Shown: positions 20,147-32,504, counted from the first letter of the stretch. The stretch is DNA of 64,000 bases from Spirochaetia bacterium (GCA_965199955.1 CBDATQ010000001.1:96001-160000); one strand, 5' to 3'. The notes: a model not told the origin generated them from the sequence alone. Made by a program: numbers and translations.

Positions 20147-20545
20147 CTATTCCGTCCGGCGCTGGAGCAGCCGCGCGGTGCCGAGCACGGTCGCCATGTC
20201 GCTGCGCCGTTCGCGGGTCGTGGTGGTCGCGTCACCGTAAATCACGAACACCAGGTCATAGGAGCCGGCAATGCGGCCGACGAACTGGCGGTATGCTTCC
20301 CGGCTGATGCGCTTCTGCCGGTTACGATCCACGGCCCGGCGGAGGCTTCGGGTGGGCGCGAAGGCAACCCGGTGATGGCCCAGCCCGTTCGCGGCATACC
20401 CGAGCTTGAGGCCACGCGTCCGGCTGAACCGTCCGGCCCGGAACAGCCGCTGGATGTCCTGGGACCGGGACAACCGATCGAATCCGCGGCGCCCCGGTCG
20501 GACATGGCCGATATGACCCTCGTGCTGTCGGCGTCTGGGTTCCAC
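20147..20545 (-). CDS. rnpA: Ribonuclease P protein component (start uncertain)
   Basis: RLSRSQDI...AVDRNRQKRISRE (RNR motif); lies between rpmH and yidD. Confidence 0.85.
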   Translation of the reverse strand: MEPRRRQHEGHIGHVRPGRRGFDRLSRSQDIQRLFRAGRFSRTRGLKLGYAANGLGHHRVAFAPTRSLRRAVDRNRQKRISREAYRQFVGRIAGSYDLVFVIYGDATTTTRERRSDMATVLGTARLLQRRTE

Positions 20546-20585
20546 TCGTCCACCTGTCAGCGGTCGTCTGAAGCCGGACAACCAC

Positions 20586-20741
20586 CTAGTACGGCTTGCG
20601 TTCATCGGAAACGGTCAGCCGGTGCCGACCCTTGCGCCGTCGCCGTTTGAGTACCTGGCGACCCCCGCGTGTCTTCATGCGCGCACGGAATCCGAAGGTA
20701 CGACGTCGGCGAACGCGGCTGGGCTGGTAGGTCCGTTTCAT
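20586..20741 (-). CDS. rpmH: 50S ribosomal protein L34 (not in ORF track)
   Basis: [51 protein letters not shown]. Confidence 0.97.
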   Translation of the reverse strand: MKRTYQPSRVRRRRTFGFRARMKTRGGRQVLKRRRRKGRHRLTVSDERKPY

Positions 20742-20777
20742 AAGGGAATCCGATCAGGGAGCCGGCTCAATGTAGGT

Positions 20778-21092
20778 TCAGCGTTCGCCGGTGTCAAACC
20801 GCTGGTCGCCCGAGCGGTCGACAAGTACGGTAGCGATCCGCGATATGCGGAGAGACGCGTGCGAGCGGCCGAGCCGCCGGACGATCGCGGCTTCCCGAGC
20901 TCGCAGGAGCTGTACCCATCCCGGGTGATCGGCGGCAACGATCAGTCGGCCCCGCTCGACTTCGACCGGACGCGTATGCGCCGCCAACTCGCGCCCGACG
21001 ATCTCCGGCCAGCCCTGGAACAGGGAGGCGGAACGGGCCGCGTCGCCGGACTCGGCAAGCCACCGGCGCAAGGTCTCTCCCAGCCGTTCCAT
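20778..21092 (-). CDS. dciA: DUF721/DciA helicase loader
   Basis: WPEIVGRELAAHTRP...LIVAADHPGWVQLL; directly after recF. Confidence 0.85.
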   Translation of the reverse strand: MERLGETLRRWLAESGDAARSASLFQGWPEIVGRELAAHTRPVEVERGRLIVAADHPGWVQLLRAREAAIVRRLGRSHASLRISRIATVLVDRSGDQRFDTGER

Positions 21093-21107
21093 CGGTCGTC
21101 CGTCCTA

Positions 21108-21234
21108 GTACCTCATCAAACTGTAGTTTGGGGGTGCGCGCTACGGGAACTCGGCCTTGTGCGCGCTGTTCCAGCGCGCTTGAAGCCCGTGTAGCGGACC
21201 TGTGTCACCCGTCGACATCAGTTTGATGGGGTAC
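21108..21234. mobile_element. 127-bp MITE, IS630-like (TA target duplication)
   Basis: Terminal inverted repeats GTACCTCATCAAACTG / CAGTTTGATGGGGTAC (15/16 match), flanked by TA on both sides; no ORF. Confidence 0.75.
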
Positions 21235-22370
21235 TACGGCTTCCACGGTGTGAGCGAGCCGTCCCGCACGGTGATCCGCAGAGTCGGCCCGGTTTCGTAG
21301 CGATCGAACGGCTCGTCGGGAAGGAACGTGAAGAACCGCTGGTCGGCCGTCGGCAGGGCTGCCAGAAACCGCTCCCGCTTGCGGGCATCGAGCTCCAGCA
21401 GCACATCGTCGAGCAACAGCAACGGAGCCGGCCGGGATCGTTCGGCAACCCGCGCGGCCTGCGCGGCGCGCAGTGCGAGCGACGCCAGCCGCTTCTGCCC
21501 CGTGGACGCGTACCGGCGGAACGAGAGCCCGTCGATCCGCAACGGAAAGCGGTCACGGTGGGGCCCGGTGGTGGTGGTCTGCAAGGCGTGATCGCGCTGG
21601 CGGGCCGAACGCATCTGCGCGGCAACCTCCTCGGGGGCGGCGCTCGACCAGGAGGGCTGGTAGCGGATGGATACCGTCACGTCCGATTCCGTTACGCGGT
21701 GGAAGATCGCCGCGAAGCGGCGGGCGTAGTCGCCGATCAGATCGCTTCGTTGAGATCCGATCACCAAGCCGGCTTCTATCAACTGCCGGTCGTAGACGTC
21801 GAGCAAGTCGTCCGACGGCCCCCCTCGAAGCAGGGCGTTGCGCTCCATCAGCACACGGCGGTAGCGGCGCAGCGCCGGCAGCGCGCCCGGATCCGAGAGC
21901 GCGGCGGTCTGATCAAAGAAACGCCGCAACTCCGCCGGCGGCCCGTCGACCGCGCGAAGATCGTCGTGGGAGAACAGGATGCACGGCACTGCGCCCACCA
22001 CCTCGGCGCGGTCCGCTACGCGAGAGCCGTCGACCCGGATCTCTCTGGGGCCGTCCTTGCGCAGGTGGACGGCAACCTCGCGATGCCAGGACCCCGGCGA
22101 TGCAGTGTCCGCGTCGAGCACGAACAAGCCGCCGACTACGCCCTGGTCCATGCCCGATCGGATCAGATCCGCGTCCTGTCGGGTTCGAAACGAGCCGCCG
22201 AAACACAGCAGATAGATGGCTTCAAGGAGATTCGTCTTCCCCTGTCCGTTCTCTCCGATCAGAAACACGCAGTCGTGTCCCTCCAGGCTGTCCAGGCGCA
22301 ACGGCTGAAGGTTGCGAAAGCGCTCGAGACGCAGGGCCGACAGTCGTGCCCGCTCGGCCGACGGTCGCAA
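21234..22370 (-). CDS. recF: DNA replication/repair protein RecF
   Basis: FRNL, GENGQGKTNLLEAI, GPHRD, STGQKR, LLLDDVLLELD; TTG start inferred. Confidence 0.95.
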   Translation of the reverse strand: MRPSAERARLSALRLERFRNLQPLRLDSLEGHDCVFLIGENGQGKTNLLEAIYLLCFGGSFRTRQDADLIRSGMDQGVVGGLFVLDADTASPGSWHREVAVHLRKDGPREIRVDGSRVADRAEVVGAVPCILFSHDDLRAVDGPPAELRRFFDQTAALSDPGALPALRRYRRVLMERNALLRGGPSDDLLDVYDRQLIEAGLVIGSQRSDLIGDYARRFAAIFHRVTESDVTVSIRYQPSWSSAAPEEVAAQMRSARQRDHALQTTTTGPHRDRFPLRIDGLSFRRYASTGQKRLASLALRAAQAARVAERSRPAPLLLLDDVLLELDARKRERFLAALPTADQRFFTFLPDEPFDRYETGPTLRITVRDGSLTPWKP

Positions 22371-22377
22371 GGCGTCG

Positions 22378-23481
22378 CTAGCCGACCTGCATCGGCATGA
22401 TGATATGGAAGTAGTGGGGTTCCGGCTCCGCCGACAGCGTGATCGCCTTGTTCGGAGCGGTGAATGCCAGAACCACCTGATCCGTGTCCATCTCGCGCAG
22501 CGGGTCCAGCAAGTACTGATAGTTGAGTGCCAGGGAAGAAGCCGGGCCCTGGTACTCGCACGGGAGCTCCTCGCGGGCCGTGCCGACATCGCCCTCGCTG
22601 CACTGTACGGTGAGCTGGCCCACTTCGACCTCCAGCCGGACGCGCCGCGATTTCTGTTCCACCAGGACCGATACCCGTCGCAAGGCCTCCGTCAGGGCGG
22701 AGCGATCGACCACCAGCCGGTGTTCCTGGCTCTCCGGAATCACGCTCGTCACATTCGGGAACTGCGCGTCGATCAGTCCCGAGTTGATGCGCCGATGCTC
22801 GACCTGCGCATGCAGGTTGCAGTCGGCGATCGCCAACTGCAGCGATCCCTCCCCGGTGCAGAACTTGCGTATCAGCGTGAGTATCTTCGGAGGGACGATC
22901 ACCCCTGCGCCATCGAGCGCCGGCTCGATCTCCTTCTTGCAGTATGCCAGCCGATGCGAATCGGTAGCGACCATCATCAACTCACCGTCGGCCTGGTCCA
23001 GGAAGATGCCGTTCATGAAGTACCGGGTTTCATCGTCAGAGACCGCGAATATCGTCTGCGCGATCATCTTGACGAAGTCGCTTTGCGGTACTTCCACGAA
23101 CTCGCTGTCGTGGGTCGCGGGAAACTCGGGAAACCGGTCCGGAGGCAGCGTCTTCAGGGTGAAGTCGATCCTCCTGCCCTGCGGGCGAACCGCAAGCATG
23201 CCTTCGGCGCTGGTCTCGAACTCGATGTCCCCGGCTGGAGAAGAACGCAGGATGCCCGCGAGCTTGTCGCACGGCACCGTCGTGACGCCATCGCGCTGCA
23301 TGTCCACCGGCACTCGTGCCTGGTAGTTCACCTTCAGATCGGACGCGCGCAGCGTGAGCGTGCCGTCATCGACGGCGAGGAAGACGTTTGAGAGGACGGT
23401 GATAGCGTTTCTGGTGGAGATGATCTCCAGGGCGTGAGCGGTCTCTCGCAGGATCACGTCCTTGTCGATGGTGAACTTCAT
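22378..23481 (-). CDS. dnaN: DNA polymerase III beta clamp
   Basis: ASDL, VATDSHRL, LIDAQFPN, IIMPM; SD AAGGAGG. Confidence 0.96.
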   Translation of the reverse strand: MKFTIDKDVILRETAHALEIISTRNAITVLSNVFLAVDDGTLTLRASDLKVNYQARVPVDMQRDGVTTVPCDKLAGILRSSPAGDIEFETSAEGMLAVRPQGRRIDFTLKTLPPDRFPEFPATHDSEFVEVPQSDFVKMIAQTIFAVSDDETRYFMNGIFLDQADGELMMVATDSHRLAYCKKEIEPALDGAGVIVPPKILTLIRKFCTGEGSLQLAIADCNLHAQVEHRRINSGLIDAQFPNVTSVIPESQEHRLVVDRSALTEALRRVSVLVEQKSRRVRLEVEVGQLTVQCSEGDVGTAREELPCEYQGPASSLALNYQYLLDPLREMDTDQVVLAFTAPNKAITLSAEPEPHYFHIIMPMQVG

Positions 23482-23539
23482 GGTGTTGGCGCCTCCTTGA
23501 CGGTGCCCTGCGGACGGATCATGCAACGGATGGGTCGTT

Positions 23540-23760
23540 CCGTAACTACCATAAGAAGATCATTGGTGGTAGGAACGGTGCTGTGGATGATGGTGATATC
23601 CTTGTAAATAATTGCAATAAAGTACTTTATTTGATTCACAAAAGGGTGGTTTCAATCCCCATCGTCAGCGGATGGTCCGTGACCGGACAACGGTCGGCGG
23701 CGTCGGGGCGACTTGTCCGGTGTACGTCCACGGTCTTTACGGTCGTTGTCCACACGTATC
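23540..23760. other. Probable oriC (dnaA-dnaN intergenic part)
   Basis: DnaA-box-like TGTGGATGA 23582-90, TGTAAATAA 23603-11, TGATTCACA 23632-40, TTGTCCACA 23746-54; AT-rich core; trio-like CTACCACCA next to the box on the minus strand. Confidence 0.75.
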
Positions 23761-23766
23761 CGGGGG

Positions 23767-25164
23767 TCAGCGGGATCGCTGGGTGATCGTGCGGGTCAGG
23801 TGGGAGATGACTGGATCGAGGGTCGGATCGGTGCGCTTGCGCTCGGCTACGCGTTGGTAGGCGTGCATGACCGTGGTGTGATCGCGCCCGCCGAACTCCA
23901 GTCCGATCTCCGTGGTGGAGAGCTCGGTGACGTCGCGGGCGATGTACATCGCAAGCTGGCGGGGGAACGCGATGGCGCGGGTGCGCTTCTTGCCTTTCAG
24001 TTCGTTCTGGCTGAGGCCGAAGTACTCGGCGGTGACGCGCTGGATGGTGTCGAGAGAGACGTTCGTGGGGGCGGAGAAGAACTCCCTGAGCTCTCGGGAA
24101 GCGACATCGAGCGTGATCGTGCGGTCGACCAGGTTGGAGTAGGCGGTGAGCTTGATGAGGGCCTTCTCCAGGTCGCGTACGTTGCTCTGTATGTTCTGGC
24201 AGATGAGCTCGATCGCGTCGGTCGGAATGGAAACGCCGTTCTCGTCGATCTTTTGAGTCAGGATGGCGATGCGGGTCTCGTAGTCAGGCGGCTGCAGGTC
24301 GATGTTGAGGCCGCGCTCGAACCGGTTGATGAGGCGGTCGGGGAGGCTTTTCAACTCGGACACGGGGCGATCGCTGGAGAACACCATCTCCTTGTTGGCG
24401 TCGTAGAGCGCGTTGAAGGTATGGAACAGTTCCTGCTGCGTTTCGGTCTTGCCCTGCAGGAACTGGATGTCGTCGATCAGCAGTACGTCGGCTGACCGGT
24501 AGCGATTCTTGAAGCGGTGCCCGGTCTTGTCCTTGATCGACTGGATGAACTCGTTGGTGAAGGTCTCGACCGTGACGTAGACGACTTTCAGGTCGCGGTA
24601 CTCCTGGTAGACGTCGTTGCCGATGGCCTGAAGCAGGTGGGTCTTTCCAAGCCCGACCCCACCGTAGATCAGGCAAGGGTTGTAGGTCCGTCCGGGGTTC
24701 TTGGCGATCGCCAGCGCGGCGTTGAGGGCGAACGAGTTGCCGTCACCTTCCACGAAGCGGGAGAAGCAGTACTCGGGGTTGAGTTGGGCATGGCGCGGGC
24801 GTTGGGCCCGGATGTAGGAACTCTCGGCGGGGGGTGGCACGGTCGCGTTGGGTGGCATGGTCTCCTGCTCGACCGGGACCGGAGTTGCGTTGCCGTTGGT
24901 GCGGCGGATCTCGAACGCGATGCGGAGGTTCTGTCCGGAGAGATCCAGCAGCGACTCTTCGAGTTTCGTCCGATACCGTTGGTCGACCTGATCCCGGTAG
25001 AACGAGGAGGGGACATTCAGCCGGACCTGAGAATCGTCGGCGCCGGCGTAACTCATTCCGGAGAACCATGTCTGGTACTCCTGCTCGCTGATCTCGGATC
25101 GGAGGTGGGTGAGGGCTTCGTTCCAGAAGACCTCGTAATCCCATACAGAACCGTTTCTACTCAT
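23767..25164 (-). CDS. dnaA: Chromosomal replication initiator DnaA
   Basis: YNPCLIYGGVGLGKTHL, LLIDDIQF, GGRDHTTVMHA. Confidence 0.98.
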   Translation of the reverse strand: MSRNGSVWDYEVFWNEALTHLRSEISEQEYQTWFSGMSYAGADDSQVRLNVPSSFYRDQVDQRYRTKLEESLLDLSGQNLRIAFEIRRTNGNATPVPVEQETMPPNATVPPPAESSYIRAQRPRHAQLNPEYCFSRFVEGDGNSFALNAALAIAKNPGRTYNPCLIYGGVGLGKTHLLQAIGNDVYQEYRDLKVVYVTVETFTNEFIQSIKDKTGHRFKNRYRSADVLLIDDIQFLQGKTETQQELFHTFNALYDANKEMVFSSDRPVSELKSLPDRLINRFERGLNIDLQPPDYETRIAILTQKIDENGVSIPTDAIELICQNIQSNVRDLEKALIKLTAYSNLVDRTITLDVASRELREFFSAPTNVSLDTIQRVTAEYFGLSQNELKGKKRTRAIAFPRQLAMYIARDVTELSTTEIGLEFGGRDHTTVMHAYQRVAERKRTDPTLDPVISHLTRTITQRSR

Positions 25165-25165
25165 G

Positions 25166-25410
25166 TTATCCACATGTGCTCCACATTCACTTGGGAGCGG
25201 TCGGCGAACGACCTTCGCGGAAGGGACGCTCCGAGGGCCATCGGAGGCGAGCCGATAGAATGGCACTAGGAAAGTAAATCATTTATATATAAAAAATTAT
25301 ATTGATAGATCTGAACGGATGAAAAAAGCGCGAAAGCGGTGGTTTAGATACATGTTGAGAACCCCCTTTGGCCACTCCTTATTCAGGAGTTATGAACAAG
25401 TTATCAACGA
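25166..25410. promoter_or_regulatory. dnaA upstream region with DnaA boxes and AT-rich tract
   Basis: Perfect TTATCCACA at 25166-74 next to the start codon; degenerate boxes at 25177-85, 25353-61, 25391-409; very AT-rich 25270-25310. Confidence 0.75.
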
Positions 25411-25522
25411 CCGGATCAATTTCAATGTAGCGCACGGGACAAGGAGGTGCAAGCGTTCGCGGCGGGAGCGCGCTGTATGAGGAGGTGCCAGCTCGGCCGC
25501 GCTTGATCTGACGGGCGCCTGC

Positions 25523-26419
25523 CTACGGCTGGATGTCCGAGGTCGGCATCCCAGTGATGCGCTCGCAGATTCGTTCGAGGTCGTCGGGGGAGTAGTAGGT
25601 GACGGAGATCCGGCCTCGCCGCGCTGACCCGCGGACATCCACCTTGGTACCGAGCGCTTCGATCAGCCGTTGCTGGAGAGCCGCCAGGTCGGGATCGGCG
25701 GGCGGCCGCGATGGAGGGGCGGCGGGGCCGGGGGTCTCGGGCGTCACCGGCCTCGGGAGCTGCTGGGCCGCGTTCTCGGTGGCTCGCACGGAGAGCTGCT
25801 CGGTCAGGATGCGGTTGAACAGCTCTCGGCGCGACGCATCGTCGGTGACCGCCAGGAGCGCCCGCGCATGGCCGGCCGAGAGCTCCCCGCGCTCGACCGA
25901 GGCCAGGATGTCGTCGGGGAGCTTCAGCAGGCGCAGGGCATTGGTGACCGTGACGCGGCTCTTGCCGACGCGCTGTGCAACCTGGTCCTGCGTGCGGTCG
26001 CCGGCCTCCATGAGGCGTCGGTAGCCACGCGCCTCGTCGACCGGATTGAGTTCGGCGCGCTGCAGATTCTCGACGAGGGCCAGCTCCAGGTGCTCGAGAC
26101 CCTGGGTCGCGCGTACCACGGCGGGAACGGTCGAGAGTCCGGCAAGGCGCGCTGCTCGAAGGCGCCGCTCGCCGGCGATGATGCGGTAGCCGGCGCCGTC
26201 GGATTGAACCACGAGTGGCTGCAGCAGCCCGTGCGTGGTGATGGAGTCTGCGAGATCCCGAAGGTCGCGTTCATCGAAGGTGGTGCGCGGCTGGTCGAGG
26301 TTGGGTGAAATCTCGTCCAGCGGCAGTTCGCTCGGCGACTCGAACGGGGGGCTGTCGCCTAACAGTGCCTCGATTCCGCGACCGAGGGCAGGGCGTTTGG
26401 CGCGGGAACCCTTAGACAC
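25523..26419 (-). CDS. parB: Chromosome partitioning protein ParB
   Basis: LGRGIEALL, QPR, IIAGERRLRA, ENLQR, HTH, AGHARALL. Confidence 0.96.
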   Translation of the reverse strand: MSKGSRAKRPALGRGIEALLGDSPPFESPSELPLDEISPNLDQPRTTFDERDLRDLADSITTHGLLQPLVVQSDGAGYRIIAGERRLRAARLAGLSTVPAVVRATQGLEHLELALVENLQRAELNPVDEARGYRRLMEAGDRTQDQVAQRVGKSRVTVTNALRLLKLPDDILASVERGELSAGHARALLAVTDDASRRELFNRILTEQLSVRATENAAQQLPRPVTPETPGPAAPPSRPPADPDLAALQQRLIEALGTKVDVRGSARRGRISVTYYSPDDLERICERITGMPTSDIQP

Positions 26420-27164
26420 GGGACACGAACTCCTCGGCAAGCTGGCGATAGCTCCTGGCGCCGATGCTCGACGGGGCGTACTCGCAAATAGGCTGTGCGT
26501 GGGAGGGGGCTTCGGCCAGGCGGACGTTACGCGGAATAACTGTTCTGAAAACTTGGTCCTGGAAGTATCCGGTCACTTCTCTTACCACTTCATGGGTCAG
26601 GCGCGTGCGGCCATCGTACATCGTGAAGACGATGCCGCCGACACGCAGCTTCTTGTTGTGGCGGCGCTGTACCCGTTCGATCGTGCGAAGGAGCATCGCC
26701 AGGCCCTCCAGCGCGAGGTATTCGCACTGGAGGGGAATGACCACGTGCGTGGCTGCCACCAGGGCGTTGATCGTCAGGAGTCCGAGCGACGGGGGGCAGT
26801 CGATGAGAACGTCGTCGAACGGAGCGGTAGCTTGCTTGAGCACGCGCTTCAGGTACCCTTCGCGGCCGTGCGCGTCGGCCAACTCGACCGACGCGCCGCT
26901 CAACTCGATGCCGCCGGGCGCGATCGACAATCCGGGAACGCTGGTGGTGACGATGACCTCGGAAACATCTACGGCGCCGATCACGGCCTGGTAGATCGAC
27001 GGTGACGCCTCCGCGCCCACGCTGCTGGTGGCGTTCCCCTGCGGATCGAAGTCGATGACCAGGACCTTCCGTCCGGAAAGAGCCAGGTAGGCCGCCAAGT
27101 TGACGGTGGTGGTGGTCTTGCCGACGCCGCCCTTCTGGTTGGCAAAGGCGAATCGGCGGCCCAT
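26412..27164 (-). CDS. parA: Chromosome partitioning ATPase ParA/Soj
   Basis: NQKGGVGKTTT, DPQGNA, DCPPSLG, QCEYLALEG. Confidence 0.96.
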   Translation of the reverse strand: MGRRFAFANQKGGVGKTTTTVNLAAYLALSGRKVLVIDFDPQGNATSSVGAEASPSIYQAVIGAVDVSEVIVTTSVPGLSIAPGGIELSGASVELADAHGREGYLKRVLKQATAPFDDVLIDCPPSLGLLTINALVAATHVVIPLQCEYLALEGLAMLLRTIERVQRRHNKKLRVGGIVFTMYDGRTRLTHEVVREVTGYFQDQVFRTVIPRNVRLAEAPSHAQPICEYAPSSIGARSYRQLAEEFVSRV

Positions 27165-27219
27165 AACGCGCGCACAGGATAGCGAGTGCGTGGCGTGCGG
27201 GCAAACCGCGGAGGCCTCA

Positions 27220-27235
27220 TGTTCCACGTGGAACA
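27220..27235. other. parS centromere site
   Basis: Perfect consensus palindrome TGTTCCACGTGGAACA just upstream of parA. Confidence 0.95.
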
Positions 27236-27266
27236 TGCCACTCCGGAACATGGGCGCCCCCGGAGC

Positions 27267-29738
27267 CTACTCGCCCGGTGCGCCGATCGTGAGAGTCGGA
27301 CCTTCGGGCTCGTCTTCCTGCGCCGCGCGGGCGATGCCCGCTACCGGATGTTCCGGGTCGATGCGGACCACGCGGACGCCCGAGCTGTTCCGGCCCTGCA
27401 CTGGTACCTCGTTGGAGATCGCCTTGAGCACCTTTCCCTGCTCGGTGATGCACACGACGTCGTCATCGGCGTGGGTCGAGGTGATGCCCGCCACCAGACC
27501 GGTCCTGTCGTGGGTCTTGTAGCAAATCTGACCCATCGTACCTCTCCCGTGCGGTGTGAAAGAGCTGTACGCTATCCGCTTTCCGTAACCGTTCGCGGAG
27601 ATGACGAACAAGCGCTGGTGGTGGTCGACCGCAACCGCGCCGACCACGGCGTCGTCCGGCCGCAGCCGCATGCCGCGGACGCCACGGGTCGCGCGGCCCA
27701 TGGAGCGAATCCCGTACTCGGAAAAGCGAAGCGCGTAGCCAAACCGGGTCGCCAGCACGACGTCGCTGCTGCCATCGGTGAGCATCGCGGACACCAGGCG
27801 GTCGTCGGGATCCAGGTTGATCGCGACAATCCCGCGGGTGCGGGCATTGGCGAAGTCGGTGGTCCTGACCTTCTTGACGACGCCGCGAGAGGTCGCCATG
27901 AACAGGTAGGTGTCCCCGTCGAATTCCGTGAGCGAGGCCACGGCCGTAACCTGTTCGTCCGCCTCCATACCGAGGAGGGAGCGCAAGTCCTGACCGATCG
28001 CCGAACGGGTCCGATCCGGCAACTCGTGGACCCGCACCCAGTACGACTTGCCGGTGTCCGTTACGAACAGGATGTAAGTATGGGTCGATGCGATGAACAG
28101 GTGCCGCACGAAGTCGTTGCCGGCCACGGCCACGGAGCTGCCCTTGCCGCCCCGGGACTGCCGGCGAAAGGCCGCCACGGGCAACCGCTTGACGATCCCG
28201 CGGTTGGTGATCTGCACCACCACGTCCTCTTCCGGAATCAGGTCCTCCAGGTCGATGTCCGTGATCGGGGTCGCGACGACTTCGGTGCGGCGGTCGTCAC
28301 CGTACTTGCGGGCGATGTCCGCAAGCTCGCGCTTCACCACCGCGAGGATCTTCCTCCGGTCGCCGAGCAGTTCACGGAGGGACTCGATCAGTTCGCGGAC
28401 CTGGACGATCTCGGCCTCGACCTTCTCGACCTCAAGGCTGGTCAGACGCTGCAGCCGCATGTCCAGGATCGCGTCGGCCTGCTTCTTGCTCAACTCGAAG
28501 CGCTCGCGCAGGCCGACGCGTGCTTCGGTGGTCCCGCGCGAGCCGCGGATGATCCTGATCACTTCGTCGATATGGTCCAGCGCCAGCTTCAGGCCGTCCA
28601 GAATGTGGAGGCGATCCTCCGCCTTGCGCAGGTCAAAGCGGGCGCGGCGGACAACCACCTCGCGGCGGTGGTCGACGTACAGCTCGATCTGACTCTTCAG
28701 GTCGAGCACGCGCGGCTGCCCCTTGACCAGGGCCAGGGCGTTGACACTCATCGTGATCTGCAACTGCGTGTGCGCGAAGAGCTGATTGACCGTAACGTCG
28801 CGGTTCGCGCCGCGCTTCAGCTCGATCACGACGCGCATGCCGCGCCGGTCGGATTCGTCTCGCAAGTCGGCAATGCCCTCGATACGCCGGTTCCGGTGGA
28901 GGTCGGCGATCCGCACGACCATGTTGGCCTTGTTGACCTGGTACGGGATCTCCGTGACGACGATCGTCTCCCGGCCGGACTTGAGGGTCTCGAACACGAT
29001 GCGCCCGCGGATGGGGATCCTCCCCCGCCCCGTGTGGTACGCCCCGGCGATGGCGTCGCGGCCGTAGATGATTCCGCCGGTCGGGAAGTCCGGACCCGTG
29101 ATGAAGCGCATGAGCTCGTCGATCGTGATCCTGGGGTTGTCGATGTAGGCGGCGACCGCGCGCGCCACCTCGCGCAGGTTGTGCGGGGGCAGATTGGTGG
29201 CCATGCCCACCGCGATGCCGCTGGCGCCGTTGGCCAGCAGGAACGGGAACGCGCCCGGCAGCACCACGGGCTCTTCCAGCGAATCGTCGTAATTGAGCTG
29301 AAAGTCGACCGTCTCCTTGCCGATGTCGGCCAGCATCTCCTGCGCGATCGGTGCCAGCCGCGCCTCCGTATAGCGCATCGCCGCCGGCGGATCGCCGTCG
29401 ATCGAGCCGAAGTTGCCCTGGCCGTCGACCACGGGGTAGCGCAGCGAGAAATCCTGCGCCATGCGCACGAGGGCGTCGTAGACCGCCTGCTCACCGTGCG
29501 GGTGGAACTTTCCCAGGACCTCACCCGCGACGCGTGCGGTCTTCCGGTACGGCCGGTCCGCACGCAGCCCCATCTCGTTCATCGCGTGCAGGAGCCGCCG
29601 GTGCACGGGCTTCAGGCCGTCGCGGGCATCGGGCAGCGCGCGGCTGACGATGACCGACATGGCGTAGGTCAGGTAGGACGTTCGAACCTCGTCCTCCACC
29701 TGCCGCGGTATGACGCGGCTGCTCAACTCCTCAGCCAT
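27267..29738 (-). CDS. gyrA: DNA gyrase subunit A
   Basis: [20 protein letters not shown], GyrA-box QSRGGKG. Confidence 0.97.
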   Translation of the reverse strand: MAEELSSRVIPRQVEDEVRTSYLTYAMSVIVSRALPDARDGLKPVHRRLLHAMNEMGLRADRPYRKTARVAGEVLGKFHPHGEQAVYDALVRMAQDFSLRYPVVDGQGNFGSIDGDPPAAMRYTEARLAPIAQEMLADIGKETVDFQLNYDDSLEEPVVLPGAFPFLLANGASGIAVGMATNLPPHNLREVARAVAAYIDNPRITIDELMRFITGPDFPTGGIIYGRDAIAGAYHTGRGRIPIRGRIVFETLKSGRETIVVTEIPYQVNKANMVVRIADLHRNRRIEGIADLRDESDRRGMRVVIELKRGANRDVTVNQLFAHTQLQITMSVNALALVKGQPRVLDLKSQIELYVDHRREVVVRRARFDLRKAEDRLHILDGLKLALDHIDEVIRIIRGSRGTTEARVGLRERFELSKKQADAILDMRLQRLTSLEVEKVEAEIVQVRELIESLRELLGDRRKILAVVKRELADIARKYGDDRRTEVVATPITDIDLEDLIPEEDVVVQITNRGIVKRLPVAAFRRQSRGGKGSSVAVAGNDFVRHLFIASTHTYILFVTDTGKSYWVRVHELPDRTRSAIGQDLRSLLGMEADEQVTAVASLTEFDGDTYLFMATSRGVVKKVRTTDFANARTRGIVAINLDPDDRLVSAMLTDGSSDVVLATRFGYALRFSEYGIRSMGRATRGVRGMRLRPDDAVVGAVAVDHHQRLFVISANGYGKRIAYSSFTPHGRGTMGQICYKTHDRTGLVAGITSTHADDDVVCITEQGKVLKAISNEVPVQGRNSSGVRVVRIDPEHPVAGIARAAQEDEPEGPTLTIGAPGE

Positions 29739-29825
29739 GTACGATGCCCCTCCCGAATCGGTGATGTGTGCCGGAGCGCCGCGTGGCGGACGGTCCGGAG
29801 CCCGCCCGCGGGTCCCGGCCGCCGG

Positions 29826-31766
<1,941 letters not shown>

Positions 31767-31793
31767 TTACTGTTTCGGCTGCTAAACCCCCAT

Positions 31794-31822
31794 AGATTAC
31801 GGGGTCGCCGAAGAAAAGTAAA
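31794..31822 (-). promoter_or_regulatory. Putative gyrB promoter
   Basis: TTTACT-17nt-TAATCT on the minus strand. Confidence 0.55.
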
Positions 31823-31895
31823 CCGAAACCGAACATGGATTTGGGCGTTTCGCGACGGGTTCTCGGCAGGACGGCGGCCGCACGATCCGGCGCCG

Positions 31896-32357
31896 CTACG
31901 ACCGTCGCGTAGCCGGCGGCAGGAACTCCCGGAACTCGTACTCCACGCGTCCGTCGTCGGTCACCGCGACCGTCGCGTGTCCGCCGCGCGCCATCCCGTC
32001 GAGCACCTGCTCGGCTTCCGCCAGCGACAGCGATGACTCGACGGCGATCACCGAGGCGGTGATCCTGCCGCCCTGGGCCCGCGCGATGCGCAGGACCTCG
32101 TGCTCGGGGTCCGCCTCCTTCGCCACCTGGCTCGCGCGTTCGGCGCGCGCCCGCCTGAGGGCGAACAGGCCTTCGATGGTGGGAGCCAGGCCGACGAATG
32201 CCAGCGGAAAAAGCCAGAACCAGGCGCCGGTGATCACCCACAGCCCGCCGAACACGAACGTGCAGGCGACGCCGCCGGCGAGCCGCTGTTCGCCCTTCCT
32301 TTCCTTGCGCCGCTTCCTGCGCCCGGAGTCGCCGCCGCCTACTTCCACGGTCACCAC
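31896..32357 (-). CDS. Hypothetical membrane protein with C-terminal winged-helix-like domain
   Basis: Two hydrophobic helices, then EVLRIARAQGGRITASVIAVESSLSLAEAEQVLD...GRVEYEF; start inferred from an extended -10. Confidence 0.65.
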   Translation of the reverse strand: MVTVEVGGGDSGRRKRRKERKGEQRLAGGVACTFVFGGLWVITGAWFWLFPLAFVGLAPTIEGLFALRRARAERASQVAKEADPEHEVLRIARAQGGRITASVIAVESSLSLAEAEQVLDGMARGGHATVAVTDDGRVEYEFREFLPPATRRS

Positions 32358-32504
32358 GGCCCCAACGATAGCACACGGGGGTAGACGCAACAGAGACGGT
32401 GAGGAACGGCCGGCCGTCAAGACGCGGCATTTCGCGGGTCATCGAAAGGCAAGCGCACCGAACGGCCGCGGCGCTTTCGTCGCCGGAACCTTGCGGAACC
32501 GCGT

